This document shows, piece after piece, positions 20,063 through 30,361 of a stretch of DNA of 64,000 nt. Position 1 is the first letter of the stretch, and every line of letters begins with the position of its first letter. The DNA comes from Promethearchaeia archaeon. Its GTDB lineage: Archaea > Asgardarchaeota > Lokiarchaeia > Sigyniarchaeales > SOKP01. The notes under the pieces were generated by a model. It saw only the letters and a program-made list of their open reading frames with translations, did not search any database and was not told where the DNA came from. The position numbers and the translations under genes were made by a program. Location: positions 1 through 64,000 of the forward strand of contig JAHQWL010000081.1 of the NCBI GenBank assembly GCA_029856155.1. Reading direction: 5' to 3'.

Positions 20063-20225
20063 GAATGAATCCTCATTCGTATCAAAATTTTATACTTTCA
20101 TTAAAAAGAAGCTTAGCTTAATTCTTAATAATTTATTGTGTATATAAAATTTTACTAAAGTTTCTAATTTGATTATATTTTTCTAAATTTTTAAAGTTTG
20201 ATAAATACAAATCAAAATATTTTTC

Positions 20226-21350
20226 TTAATTAATTAATATTAATTTTGATCTTCGATTTAACTCGTCTAAAATTTTAGAATATTCAGAACTTCTCTCTTC
20301 AAAATATTCAACAATTTTTCTTTCATTAGTATCTAGATATGAATAAAATGGAAAAATAATTTCAATTCTTTTAGAAAAATCCTCCATCAATTTATCATAC
20401 CATTCGTTTGGTTTTTTTAAAACATTTCTTACCTTTTTTGTCAATTTCTCTTTTCTATCTTCATAGTTTTCTTTCTCATTATTTCCAATTAGCTCATCCA
20501 ATTCATCATAAGCACTAGCTACGATTCTTTCTATTCTTGCTCTAAATTTAGGAATTCTATATGACTTTTTAAAAAATTCAGTGTCCCATTCATATAAAAA
20601 GCGTTCGTCCTCTTCTGCAGTTTCTTCATCATCAGTTATAATTATATCGTCCTTAGGTACTAAAATTAAACCATAATTCCGCTGTAATTGAGCTAAAGCT
20701 TTTTTACGAAGCACTTCATCAATGTATTTAACTTCCTTTAGGACTTTATCTATATTTTTATTAACTTTTTTTATAACATTTTCTGCTTTTTGTACCATTA
20801 TTTTTTCTTCAAACTCATAATTTAGCTCTATTAAGTTATAAGTGGAGGAAATTCCTAATTCTGGATCTTTAAGTCTTAATCCCGCTATACCTAAAAAGTG
20901 TGTATTAGATTTTTTTTCACAATGATCAAATATTAATCCCACCGCATATGGATTAGGGATCTGATATCCCAATTGTGTCATACAGTCGATTGGGCTATAA
21001 AAAAAACCGAAACCTGGATGTGTGTGCCACCATCCTATAATAAAATCAGTCTTATCATCTTGAATAGATCTTTCGAATACAGAAGCATCAATTTGAGCCA
21101 TATCTACATATTGTTTGTTTTCATATTTTACTCCCGCTCGATCTCCGACTACCATTGGAATTGCATCTTTTACAATTACTTTATTGTTATTTTCAATAGA
21201 TCCTATTAAAATTCCATAAACTTCACGCCACTTTTCAGGTTTTATATCATTATTGGCGTACCTTATTGCGTACCCGACAATTCTTTTATATGCTTTTAGA
21301 GTTAATAGTACTGGTGTTTTAAATGGATCAATTTTTTTGCTATTCTTCAT
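20226..21350 (-). CDS. MPN+/JAMM metalloprotease (Rpn11/Mov34-like) with long helical C-terminus
   Basis: EVYGILIG and GWWHTHPGFGFFYSPID (complete JAMM motif). Confidence 0.88.
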   Translation of the reverse strand: MKNSKKIDPFKTPVLLTLKAYKRIVGYAIRYANNDIKPEKWREVYGILIGSIENNNKVIVKDAIPMVVGDRAGVKYENKQYVDMAQIDASVFERSIQDDKTDFIIGWWHTHPGFGFFYSPIDCMTQLGYQIPNPYAVGLIFDHCEKKSNTHFLGIAGLRLKDPELGISSTYNLIELNYEFEEKIMVQKAENVIKKVNKNIDKVLKEVKYIDEVLRKKALAQLQRNYGLILVPKDDIIITDDEETAEEDERFLYEWDTEFFKKSYRIPKFRARIERIVASAYDELDELIGNNEKENYEDRKEKLTKKVRNVLKKPNEWYDKLMEDFSKRIEIIFPFYSYLDTNERKIVEYFEERSSEYSKILDELNRRSKLILIN

Positions 21351-21463
21351 AACTTCTGCAGTCTATGTTTTGCTATGTTATCCTTTAAAAATTTAATTTC
21401 TTACTCTATATAGAATTTAAACAAAGTCTAAATATATAAATTATATTAGTAAAAAATAAAGAA

Positions 21464-22006
21464 ATGAAATTATTAACGATAGCAGGATTACCCGGTTCTG
21501 GTAAAACAACGGCAATAGACGCAATAAAAGACTTAGGTATTGTTGTAACGATGGGTGATATTATTCGAAATGAAGTTAAAAAAAGAAATTTAGAACCTAC
21601 TGGAAATAATATTGGAAAAATAGCGAAAGAACTACGTAATAAAGAAGGACCAGAAATAATAGCTAAAAAATGTACGGAATATATTATGAATATGGATGAA
21701 GATATTATTTTTGTAGATGGAGTGAGATCTCTTTCAGAAGTAAATGTCTTCAGAGAATTTTGGAAGTTTCCTATAATAGCTATTATTGTAGATGAGAATA
21801 AAAGGTTTAAAAGACTTTTCAAAAGAAGTCGGAGTGATGATCCCCTAAGTTTAAAAGATTTAAAAGAAAGAGATAAAAGAGAAATTCAATTTGGTCTTGA
21901 TGCAGTAATACAGAATGCAGATTATACGATCTTAAATAATTCTACAATAGAAGAACTAAAAAAGAAGACAAGAAAATTAGTTATGAGTATTCTTAATAAT
22001 TACTAA
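21464..22006 (+). CDS. Nucleoside monophosphate/dephospho-CoA kinase-like P-loop protein (UPF0200-like)
   Basis: GLPGSGKT, MGDIIR, DGVRS..E, RD.RE..FG. Confidence 0.85.
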   Translation: MKLLTIAGLPGSGKTTAIDAIKDLGIVVTMGDIIRNEVKKRNLEPTGNNIGKIAKELRNKEGPEIIAKKCTEYIMNMDEDIIFVDGVRSLSEVNVFREFWKFPIIAIIVDENKRFKRLFKRSRSDDPLSLKDLKERDKREIQFGLDAVIQNADYTILNNSTIEELKKKTRKLVMSILNNY

Positions 22007-22020
22007 TATTATTATACTTC

Positions 22021-22923
22021 TTATTTTAAGTAATCTGCAATAATCTTTGCTAGTGAGACTCTACAAACTTCATTGTCAATTGAATCTGTACCAATTATTT
22101 CATCTGCTCCTGCCTTTATAATCCTATATTTAGCTTGCTGTAATAGCAGTGCATGTGTGGCTACTGCGAAAACTTTTCTAGCACCACTAGCCTTTGCTAA
22201 TTTTATTGCAGTTGCCATCGTACCACCTGTAGCAATAATATCATCAGCAATAACCACATCTTTATCATTAAGATTCAAACTACCACTCATTTGTATTTCT
22301 CCCGTTTTGACATCTCGTTCTTTTTCAAATACTTCTACAGGAACATTCTTACCAAAATGATTCGCAAAAGCACTAGATCTTTCTATAGCTCCTTTATCAG
22401 GAGCGACTACAGTAATATTCTTCGCACCAAGTGATTTAATATAATCTGCCAATAATTTCATAGAATCAATATTAATAGCTTTACAGGAGCACTCATTTAA
22501 TATTATTGGAGCATGGATATCAACAGCATAAAATGCATTGATCCCAAAATAATTGATTATGTTGAAAATAGCATTACCAAATTTGCTTTCTCCAGGTCTA
22601 AATATCTTATCTTGACGTGCATATGCTAAGTAAGGGGAGACAACAATTATGTTTGAAGCACCCATTCGTTTCACAGAATCAATCATCATAAAAAGTTCCA
22701 TTAATCTAGCATTTTGATCAGCACTAGCGCTAGGACCTGTTGATTGAACTATTATTACCTCTTTACCAGCAATTAAGGTTTCATCTTCAATATTAATTCT
22801 TATATAGGTTTCTCCATCTGGGAATTTTTTACATTCTGTATTTATTGATTCAATACCTAACTCTTGTGCTATTTTTACACCAAGAATTTGTGATGCTGGA
22901 CCAACTATCAAAATTTTATCCAT
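22021..22923 (-). CDS. prs: Ribose-phosphate pyrophosphokinase
   Basis: FPDGE, PYLAYARQD, APDKGA, DDIIATGGT. Confidence 0.96.
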   Translation of the reverse strand: MDKILIVGPASQILGVKIAQELGIESINTECKKFPDGETYIRINIEDETLIAGKEVIIVQSTGPSASADQNARLMELFMMIDSVKRMGASNIIVVSPYLAYARQDKIFRPGESKFGNAIFNIINYFGINAFYAVDIHAPIILNECSCKAINIDSMKLLADYIKSLGAKNITVVAPDKGAIERSSAFANHFGKNVPVEVFEKERDVKTGEIQMSGSLNLNDKDVVIADDIIATGGTMATAIKLAKASGARKVFAVATHALLLQQAKYRIIKAGADEIIGTDSIDNEVCRVSLAKIIADYLK

Positions 22924-22974
22924 AATTCTCTCCCATTATTATGATAATTGATATTTTATTTATAATTTCTTTCC

Positions 22975-23700
22975 TTATAATTTTTTCAAGAATTCCTTTA
23001 CTTGATCAAAGAGTTCGTCTCGATGACCTTCAAATGAATGGTCCCCATTTTCGTATATTAATACGTTCTCGTCTTTTAAACCCAGTTGCTCTTTAATTTG
23101 AAGTATATTTTCAAAAGGAATTCTAAAATCATCCTTACAATGTGCTAAGAGAATTCTTTCATTATTTAATGGGTCTTTATTAATAAAATGTTTTGGACTT
23201 ATTTTTTTTACGAGATCATTTGGCATTTTTATTTGAACTGTTGTATAATCGTATCTAGTACATAACGCAATTAACATTTTTGCTCTCTGATCAATAAAGC
23301 CATGAGTCAATATTATTGCTCCACCATAACTCCTTCCAAATAACACAATTTTTCTATCTAAAAGTCTTTTTGATTGAGTTTCTATTATCCAACTAATTAC
23401 ATCGTGAATATCTGAAAAAATTTTTGGAGTTGCTTTAATGAAGTCAAAATTACCCGTTTCTTTTTTGGTTTCGCCATGACCTCTATAATCATAAGAGATA
23501 ACAAAATAGCCTGCCTTTGCAAATCTCTCGCAAAAATTTATTACAAATTTACTACCTCGATGCGCTAAAAATCCTGCTAAGATGATTATCCATGGAGCTT
23601 TTGAAGGCGTATTTGAAGAATAGTAAATTGATCCCTTCAGTTGAATGTTATCTAACTTTAAAGGGATATCAATATTTTCAGTTTTTAAATCTATCATCAT
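22975..23700 (-). CDS. Alpha/beta hydrolase
   Basis: DYRGHGE, GRSYGG nucleophile elbow, Asp and His (GDHSF). Confidence 0.9.
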   Translation of the reverse strand: MMIDLKTENIDIPLKLDNIQLKGSIYYSSNTPSKAPWIIILAGFLAHRGSKFVINFCERFAKAGYFVISYDYRGHGETKKETGNFDFIKATPKIFSDIHDVISWIIETQSKRLLDRKIVLFGRSYGGAIILTHGFIDQRAKMLIALCTRYDYTTVQIKMPNDLVKKISPKHFINKDPLNNERILLAHCKDDFRIPFENILQIKEQLGLKDENVLIYENGDHSFEGHRDELFDQVKEFLKKL

Positions 23701-23709
23701 TAGCTGAAA

Positions 23710-24147
23710 TTATTTTTCAATTTTATATTTTTTAATTGCATTTTTCAGAGTTTCAATTGCTAAATCAATACAATGTTTTTCACCAAGTGGTATTCCCCCT
23801 AATGCAGAAATTCTATCTTCTGGTCTTAAATATTCAGCAAATTTAAACTATTTACCTTTAATTAATAATGTCATTTGACAGCCCGTTGCAACCATAACAC
23901 CACATCCATCAGTTACGAATTGTGCTTTAGAGATAAAACTATTTTCAATTTTTAAATATAATCCTAAAAAATACTCCTTTGGTCCTCCTCTCAGTTCTTC
24001 AACTACTGTTGTTTCTTCTTCTGGAGGAATTCCCCAATTTTGAGGATTATAAAAAAAATTTACTATTCTTTCATTATGATCTTCTATTTCTCGCTTAATT
24101 ATTTCTTTTTGTAGGCTTTTAGCAAAATTATCAAATTTTTTAGGCAT
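23710..24147 (-). pseudogene. IscU/NifU_N-like scaffold gene interrupted by one in-frame TAG
   Basis: After ...DGCG...LIKGK-TAG(23848-23850) the same frame continues FKFAEYLRPEDRISALGGIPLGEKHCIDLAIETLKNAIKKYKIEK*. Confidence 0.8.
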
Positions 24148-24166
24148 TTTTTAATCAGTAGAGATG

Positions 24167-24430
24167 CTATTTATGGTTTAATACATGTTTTTCTAATCCT
24201 TCTAAATCAGATGGCTTTCTTTGATATTTTCTTAAAATTTCAATTATTGATTTGTTTAACTCATGATGCTCAGCGAGGCAACCTGACTTTTCTAAAATAT
24301 CCTCACCGCGTCTTATAGTTGTAGTGTTTTCTGTTATTTTAATTAACTCAGTTGCAATTATACCATTAATGTAAATTAAATCTGAAAGCATATTTTTAAT
24401 ATATAAAAGAATTGAAGTTTGTTCAGACAT
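24167..24430 (-). CDS. Hypothetical protein
   Basis: 87-aa ORF in an operon-like arrangement. Confidence 0.65.
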   Translation of the reverse strand: MSEQTSILLYIKNMLSDLIYINGIIATELIKITENTTTIRRGEDILEKSGCLAEHHELNKSIIEILRKYQRKPSDLEGLEKHVLNHK

Positions 24431-24504
24431 ACTTTTAAAAAGATTACTTAGAATAAAAATAGCAAATATTTGCTTAAATCATTCTAAATGAAAATTAAAT
24501 CTAA

Positions 24505-26190
24505 TTAAGTAAAAAATGCTATTAGAACATAGATAGAATAAAATAATGATCCTAGAATTATAAAAGCAATAATACTTATTCTTTTAACGAAAGTTTTAAG
24601 TAACTCATCTTTTAAAATTTCTTTTGGAAAATCCCTTATGTTATTGTAGTATTTATGAAATAAACTTTTACTTTTTAATCTTAAAGTAATTCGGATTCTG
24701 TAAGTAATGGATGGCGTTTTAAATTCAATAACATCAATTGGAAGACAAACGTATAGTATTACAAAAATAAAAATGATACCCATATAAATAGTACTGATTA
24801 TATTATCGCTAATAACAGAAATTGAATTTACTATTACCCATCCTTCTATTTGTTGAATTGTTAACATAATAAGCATACCCCCTAAACCAAAAATATCAAA
24901 AAAATCTAATTTTCTAAACCACTTTTTTACTTTTACATATTCTATATTATGAGCAGTGATATAATGAAATTTAAAACTAAATTTTCTCTTAAATTTAAAA
25001 GTCTTACTTTCTTTGTTATAATAAAATGAGTCTCCTCCTTTGCTGCTAAAATCAAAGCAAAAAGATTTGACTAACAACATAAAACCGTACATTAATGCAA
25101 TCCACCAATATAAGGGTCCAAATAATATCATTTGGGTCAATATTATGATTGCTGATATTATTAAAAAAAATCCAAATATTAAATCAAATAATTGGAAGTG
25201 TGTATCATTCACTATTGAAAAAGTCGTATTATTCTCACCATCTCTTTCCATATCACATCCTAAGAATTCAATAAGTTCTTCTGTTAATTCTGGCCGATTT
25301 TTTAATTTAATAGGAGAAAACCACATCTCATATAAGTGAGTTTTTGTAGCAATTTCAAAATAGTTCTGCTGGAATAAAACAAGTAAGATTAAAGCAATGA
25401 TTTCTAAGAGTGATATAATTAGAAAAACCCATGATAAGAGATAATCAGGACCCGCGCGATCAACAAAAAACAATGGAATCCCCGTCATAAGCTGATATAC
25501 AATAAATGGTAAGATTAACATTATCCAACCTAATTTTGGACCAAGATGATTATTCTGATACCTTACTGCCTCAATATCCTTCTTTGGAACTTCTGTTAAC
25601 CACGGACAAAAAGGCCGTAATTCGTAAAAAAAATAAAAATTTTTTGATCGTGAAAAATTCCCTCTAAAAGGACTTAAGATGAAATAGAATATTAAACCCA
25701 AACCAATTCCTAAAGCTGGAAGTCCTGTCACATAAAAAAAAGAAGGTCCGCCGAGTACAACAGCGCTCCCATATGTAACATGATGGCCTACGTCTGCTCC
25801 AAAAATTATGAGAGTTAGCACACCTATTGATATAAAAATAAAACCAGCGCTCAATCGAGTTATTGCTATAGAATTAAATTTTATATTGACCTCAACAGGT
25901 TCTCTCAATTCACGTATTTTTTTTATTGTAAGTGAATTTTCTCTTAGATAATATGGTGCGATAAAAAACTTGGAAGTAATTATCATCCCGAGAATAATAA
26001 TTAAAATATCGATAATAAAAGATATATTGATATCATCAATGGATATTCCAAAATCTAATCCAATAAAAATTAATGAAAATCCTACGAAACTTGTAAAAAT
26101 TCCAACAATTAAAAAAAAAAATCTAAATATTTTCTTAATTGGATGTGTTTCTTTTAGATTTTCTATTTCTTCTTCTGATAAAAAGCTCAT
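24505..26190 (-). CDS. Polytopic membrane protein, unknown function
   Basis: Many hydrophobic segments in a 561-aa ORF. Confidence 0.75.
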   Translation of the reverse strand: MSFLSEEEIENLKETHPIKKIFRFFFLIVGIFTSFVGFSLIFIGLDFGISIDDINISFIIDILIIILGMIITSKFFIAPYYLRENSLTIKKIRELREPVEVNIKFNSIAITRLSAGFIFISIGVLTLIIFGADVGHHVTYGSAVVLGGPSFFYVTGLPALGIGLGLIFYFILSPFRGNFSRSKNFYFFYELRPFCPWLTEVPKKDIEAVRYQNNHLGPKLGWIMLILPFIVYQLMTGIPLFFVDRAGPDYLLSWVFLIISLLEIIALILLVLFQQNYFEIATKTHLYEMWFSPIKLKNRPELTEELIEFLGCDMERDGENNTTFSIVNDTHFQLFDLIFGFFLIISAIIILTQMILFGPLYWWIALMYGFMLLVKSFCFDFSSKGGDSFYYNKESKTFKFKRKFSFKFHYITAHNIEYVKVKKWFRKLDFFDIFGLGGMLIMLTIQQIEGWVIVNSISVISDNIISTIYMGIIFIFVILYVCLPIDVIEFKTPSITYRIRITLRLKSKSLFHKYYNNIRDFPKEILKDELLKTFVKRISIIAFIILGSLFYSIYVLIAFFT

Positions 26191-26334
26191 AGATCTCTCA
26201 ATTCTTCAAGGTAAAATCAATTAATATATTGTTAATTTCTTTCTTTAATAAAATTTTAATTTTATAGATATGTAAAGACTGGTGGTAAAAACTTAGATTA
26301 CAAAGATTTCCATGATGGATTATTATCATTATCA

Positions 26335-26796
26335 TTGATAATTTTATTTTTTTCATTAACTCTGATGATTGGGTCAATCGTATTAAAACCATATATCAGT
26401 TTGGAGCCCCGAGAAAGAGATTTAATTATTATCCTATGTTCAATAAACATTTTATTTTCTTTATACTATTTATGGAATGTTTTAAGATTAGAAAAGATTT
26501 TCAAATTAGAAATTAAGAACATAATAAAATTTGGAAAGAACATTGGAGTTGTTACCTTACTGTATATTCCTCATGCAGGTTTTTTTGCCTCTCTTTTTTT
26601 CAGAAATTTACACAACATAGAAATTATAATGGTCTCTCTCATCTTTCTAATGGAAACAATGTTAATTGGAGTAGTATTCAAAGAAGTTTATGATCTAGTA
26701 TTTCTAGAAGAGTCTCAAAGAGATTATGAGATAGAAGCTAATCATAAAAAATACTTAGAAAGAAAAAATAGACCATTATCTAGGCATGAACAATAA
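26335..26796 (+). CDS. Small membrane protein (about 4 TM)
   Basis: Hydrophobic ORF; start uncertain. Confidence 0.65.
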   Translation: MIILFFSLTLMIGSIVLKPYISLEPRERDLIIILCSINILFSLYYLWNVLRLEKIFKLEIKNIIKFGKNIGVVTLLYIPHAGFFASLFFRNLHNIEIIMVSLIFLMETMLIGVVFKEVYDLVFLEESQRDYEIEANHKKYLERKNRPLSRHEQ

Positions 26797-26822
26797 ATTG
26801 AATTAATTAAATATCAGTTATT

Positions 26823-28052
26823 CTATTTTTTAGCTAATTTTTCTATAGCTGAATCGATCATTTTTAGTTTTGTAGAATATTTTTCCATAAGTTCAGCATA
26901 TTTTTCAATTTCTATCTCATTATTCTCCTTTAGAAGTTTTAATTCATTTAATGTTCTTACAACCCCAGCCTTCTTATCGATTAGCTTTTCTTTTTTACTA
27001 TAAGGAATTTTATCTTCTAATTTCTTTCGTTGATAAGACTTAAATCGTTTAACATTTAAGTCTTTAGGTACAAATTGTGTTAAATAAATAATACTTTTTG
27101 GTACAAAGGGAGCTAGATTCTCTGGAATAATAATAATTGGTTCAGGGTCTTGTATTTTCTTTATTTCTTCATAATTGAGTTTTTCAACTTCGATTTCTTT
27201 TAAATTATCTTCTACAATAGATAAATTTAACTCAATGTTTTCTTTTTCCTCACTTGAAAGTGAGACATTGTTTAACATATCTTCCCAAATATCCTTTGCT
27301 TTTAAATAATACCATCTCGCTTTTTGCTTTAATTTTAGAACTTTTTCTTGATTAATAGTTGTTATTGAGGATTCTAATGAAGCTCGTGCTTTAAGAGAGC
27401 ATGCTTTTCCCATATCATAATGAAATTGGGCTCTGATTTGTTGTTTCTTTTTCTCTTCATGCTTTTTAAGGTAAAATAATCTTTTTGATAATAAACTGAG
27501 ACCTGCATATAATTTGGATGAAAAGTAAATATTATTATTGTTTTCTTCCCTTAAAGCAGCAATACTCTGAGCAAGAATTCTTGATTCTTCAGAATTTAAC
27601 TCGAGGTTTTCTGAAGTGATGATTACTCCCTTTTCTTTTTGATGTACAACAGCAGCACTAAAGTAAGCAGCAGTCTTATATATCTTGCTACATTCAGTCA
27701 TTGCTATAACTGCATTCTCCCATTCTTCTTCCTCTTCATATCTTTCGGCTAATTGCGAATAAGCTTTACCCATAACCCATAATGCTCGTGCACATTCGAA
27801 CATTATATCTTGAATTTCAATTTCTTTTTTAAGAATAACATCATTAAAGATTGGAGTGATATCTAAATCTTTTAATATCTCTTTGTGATTTTCATTTCCG
27901 TAATTTATATTTAAAATCTTAGTATATTCAAGAATAAGATTTAGATCATCTAAATTAAAATTTTCATCTTCTCTTTCTAAGGCATTCTCAATTTTTTTTA
28001 TAGAGAAGTGTAGGTACCTAATCCTTCTCGTGGTTTCTTCGTCAAATAACAT
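26823..28052 (-). CDS. All-helical protein, BRO1-domain-like
   Basis: FECARALWVMGKAYSQLA, KIYKTAA, ENLE...ILAQ and SKLYAG occur in BRO1-like order. Confidence 0.5.
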   Translation of the reverse strand: MLFDEETTRRIRYLHFSIKKIENALEREDENFNLDDLNLILEYTKILNINYGNENHKEILKDLDITPIFNDVILKKEIEIQDIMFECARALWVMGKAYSQLAERYEEEEEWENAVIAMTECSKIYKTAAYFSAAVVHQKEKGVIITSENLELNSEESRILAQSIAALREENNNNIYFSSKLYAGLSLLSKRLFYLKKHEEKKKQQIRAQFHYDMGKACSLKARASLESSITTINQEKVLKLKQKARWYYLKAKDIWEDMLNNVSLSSEEKENIELNLSIVEDNLKEIEVEKLNYEEIKKIQDPEPIIIIPENLAPFVPKSIIYLTQFVPKDLNVKRFKSYQRKKLEDKIPYSKKEKLIDKKAGVVRTLNELKLLKENNEIEIEKYAELMEKYSTKLKMIDSAIEKLAKK

Positions 28053-28179
28053 ATCAGAATCAGCAATTTTTAATAGATTTAAGTTAAATAAGATAATTTA
28101 TTCATCATTTTAAAATTAATCTATAAAAACATTTTTATGCTCGATAATTCTATAAAAACCAGAATGTTTTGATTTTATT

Positions 28180-29493
28180 TTGACAATGAGCAAAGATTTA
28201 ATTTTTATATTTGAATTCGTTTCTGGTGGGGGATTTAGTCAAGTTAATATACCAACCTCCCTTTTTTGCGAAGGATTTGGGATGTTAAGATCGATAATTG
28301 CTGATTTTAAAGCTTTGGGGTTTGAGATTCATACACTATTGGATTTAAGAATTTTTTTCTTATCTAAATTCTTACAAGCTGATGTTATAAGAAAAGTAGA
28401 TGAACATGAAAATTATCTAAAAGCTTTTAAGAATTTAGTAAAAAATTGTAAATATATTTTTATCATTGCCCCAGAAACCTCAAAAATTCTTTATGAATTA
28501 ACTAAACTCGTTAAAAATTCTAATAAAATCTTATTAAGTACAAATCTCCATGGAATTAAGAAGGGTACTTCAAAAATACTGACTTATAATTTTTTTAAAA
28601 AGAGTGGGATTTTTACTCCAAAAACTTACAGAATACCCTATATAAAGAAACAATTGGATAAAGAATTCATTCTTCAAAAGTTTAAGACATTAAAATGCCC
28701 CATTGTAATAAAACCCGAAGATGGATGTGGAGCGGAATCAATTCATTATTTTGAAAAAGAATCTCAAATATTGTATTTCCTTAGAAACTATAAGTTAAAT
28801 TCCGATAAAACCCGTCATTTTATCCTTCAAGAGTTTATTAAAGGAGAGGATTTAAGTATTTCACTGCTTGGTAATAAGAATCTAAATACGATTCCATTAG
28901 TTTTAAGTGTTAATTCACAGAATATTAATCTCAAGAATATCAAATCTGAGTATTTTGGTGGATATACACCTTTATTAAATCATAAGGAAATTACTAAACA
29001 ATTATTTAATATACTGAAGAAGATAAATCTCCTAAAAATCGAAGGACATTTTGGTATTGATTTTATACGGAAGCATGATCATTCATTCAGTTTTATAGAA
29101 ATTAATCCTAGGTTAACTACATCATATATAGGATTAAGAAATATTATAAATATAAATTGTGCGGAATTGATTTTAAATTCTAGACTCAATAATCTAAATG
29201 ATCCTGAAATAAATCTGCAAAGTCATTCTAATTACACCCGTCTTGATTTCTTATATGATAATTTTGAAAATGGGGAAGAATATTTAGAAGATTTAATACC
29301 TAAATTCATAAAATTGATACCTGAATTTGTGACACCTCCTATTTCACTTAATAACTCAAAATACTTCTCATGCTTTATTGCAACAAAGACAAAAGATTTA
29401 CTTTCTTCGGAGATAAGAGTGAATGAGATAATTCAATCTATGAAAAATCTAAACTTCAATATTTCTATGCCAAGAAAAATAAAATTATCGTAA
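28180..29493 (+). CDS. ATP-grasp ligase (tyramine--L-glutamate ligase MfnD-like)
   Basis: FEFVSGGG, EGFGML, IIAPE, KPEDGCG, GIDFI, EINPRLTTSY. Confidence 0.85.
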   Translation: MTMSKDLIFIFEFVSGGGFSQVNIPTSLFCEGFGMLRSIIADFKALGFEIHTLLDLRIFFLSKFLQADVIRKVDEHENYLKAFKNLVKNCKYIFIIAPETSKILYELTKLVKNSNKILLSTNLHGIKKGTSKILTYNFFKKSGIFTPKTYRIPYIKKQLDKEFILQKFKTLKCPIVIKPEDGCGAESIHYFEKESQILYFLRNYKLNSDKTRHFILQEFIKGEDLSISLLGNKNLNTIPLVLSVNSQNINLKNIKSEYFGGYTPLLNHKEITKQLFNILKKINLLKIEGHFGIDFIRKHDHSFSFIEINPRLTTSYIGLRNIININCAELILNSRLNNLNDPEINLQSHSNYTRLDFLYDNFENGEEYLEDLIPKFIKLIPEFVTPPISLNNSKYFSCFIATKTKDLLSSEIRVNEIIQSMKNLNFNISMPRKIKLS

Positions 29494-30361
29494 AACCACT
29501 ATAATGAATTAACAGCGAAACTATTAAACTACTTTCAATTTTTAATCCTTTTTTTACACATAAACTATAAGATAATATCCATAAAGCCCAAACTTGGAAA
29601 ATTATTAATAGAACTTTATCAAATAAATTAAATATACTAATATTTAATAGATCAGACCATTTGAAAAGCAAATGAACTATAAGATAAAATATCATTGGAA
29701 GTTGAATAAATGCAAAAGAAATTAAGAAGTTCAAGGTATTTTGATTATTTTTGTAAAACAGTCGAGATATTCCTTCTATTATAATAAAAAATATAAGCAA
29801 GTTTAGTATAAAGCTAAGATTAATTAAAATACGTAACAATAAATCTAAATTATAATATTCACTCTCTATAAAAAATAAAAAGAATGAATAGAAACCATTT
29901 AATCCACATAAAACTGTACCTATTGTTAGGATACCCAAAGAAATTATGATGGTGAATTTTTTATCTTTCTTTTCAAACTGGATAAATTTTTTTGATGAAA
30001 TCCACGTCAATTTGCGTAAAATAGGAGATTTAAACTCCCTATGAGTAAAATCAGGTGTTTTAATAGTATCTATGTTATTTTTTAAAGATTTGTATGCATA
30101 AATTCCTAATTCTTTCAAATAATATTTTTTATCTTGTTTTTGCTCCACTAATTCCGATAAGGTGTCTAAATGATGATAAATAGTTCCTGTACTTACTTTA
30201 AGTTCTTTTTTAAGGTAAGTAAAAGTGGTATATTCATTATCTCCAATGATTTTTATTATTCTTCTTCGAATTTCATGACCTAGAGCATAATAATAACTTG
30301 ATTCGGCATCTTGACCCTCGAAGTCATCTTTAGTATTATTTGGTTTTCTAGGAATAGTTAA
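29465..30361 (-). CDS. ArsR-type winged HTH fused to a Yip1-like multi-TM domain (non-canonical start)
   Basis: Frame open for 71 codons upstream of GTG 30148, encoding ALGHEIRRRIIKII...TFTYLKKELKVSTGTIYHHLDTL; no ATG/GTG/TTG in that stretch. Confidence 0.7.
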   Translation of the reverse strand, partial: LTIPRKPNNTKDDFEGQDAESSYYYALGHEIRRRIIKIIGDNEYTTFTYLKKELKVSTGTIYHHLDTLSELVEQKQDKKYYLKELGIYAYKSLKNNIDTIKTPDFTHREFKSPILRKLTWISSKKFIQFEKKDKKFTIIISLGILTIGTVLCGLNGFYSFFLFFIESEYYNLDLLLRILINLSFILNLLIFFIIIEGISRLFYKNNQNTLNFLISFAFIQLPMIFYLIVHLLFKWSDLLNISIFNLFDKVLLIIFQVWALWILSYSLCVKKGLKIESSLIVSLLIHYSGFTIILFFLA

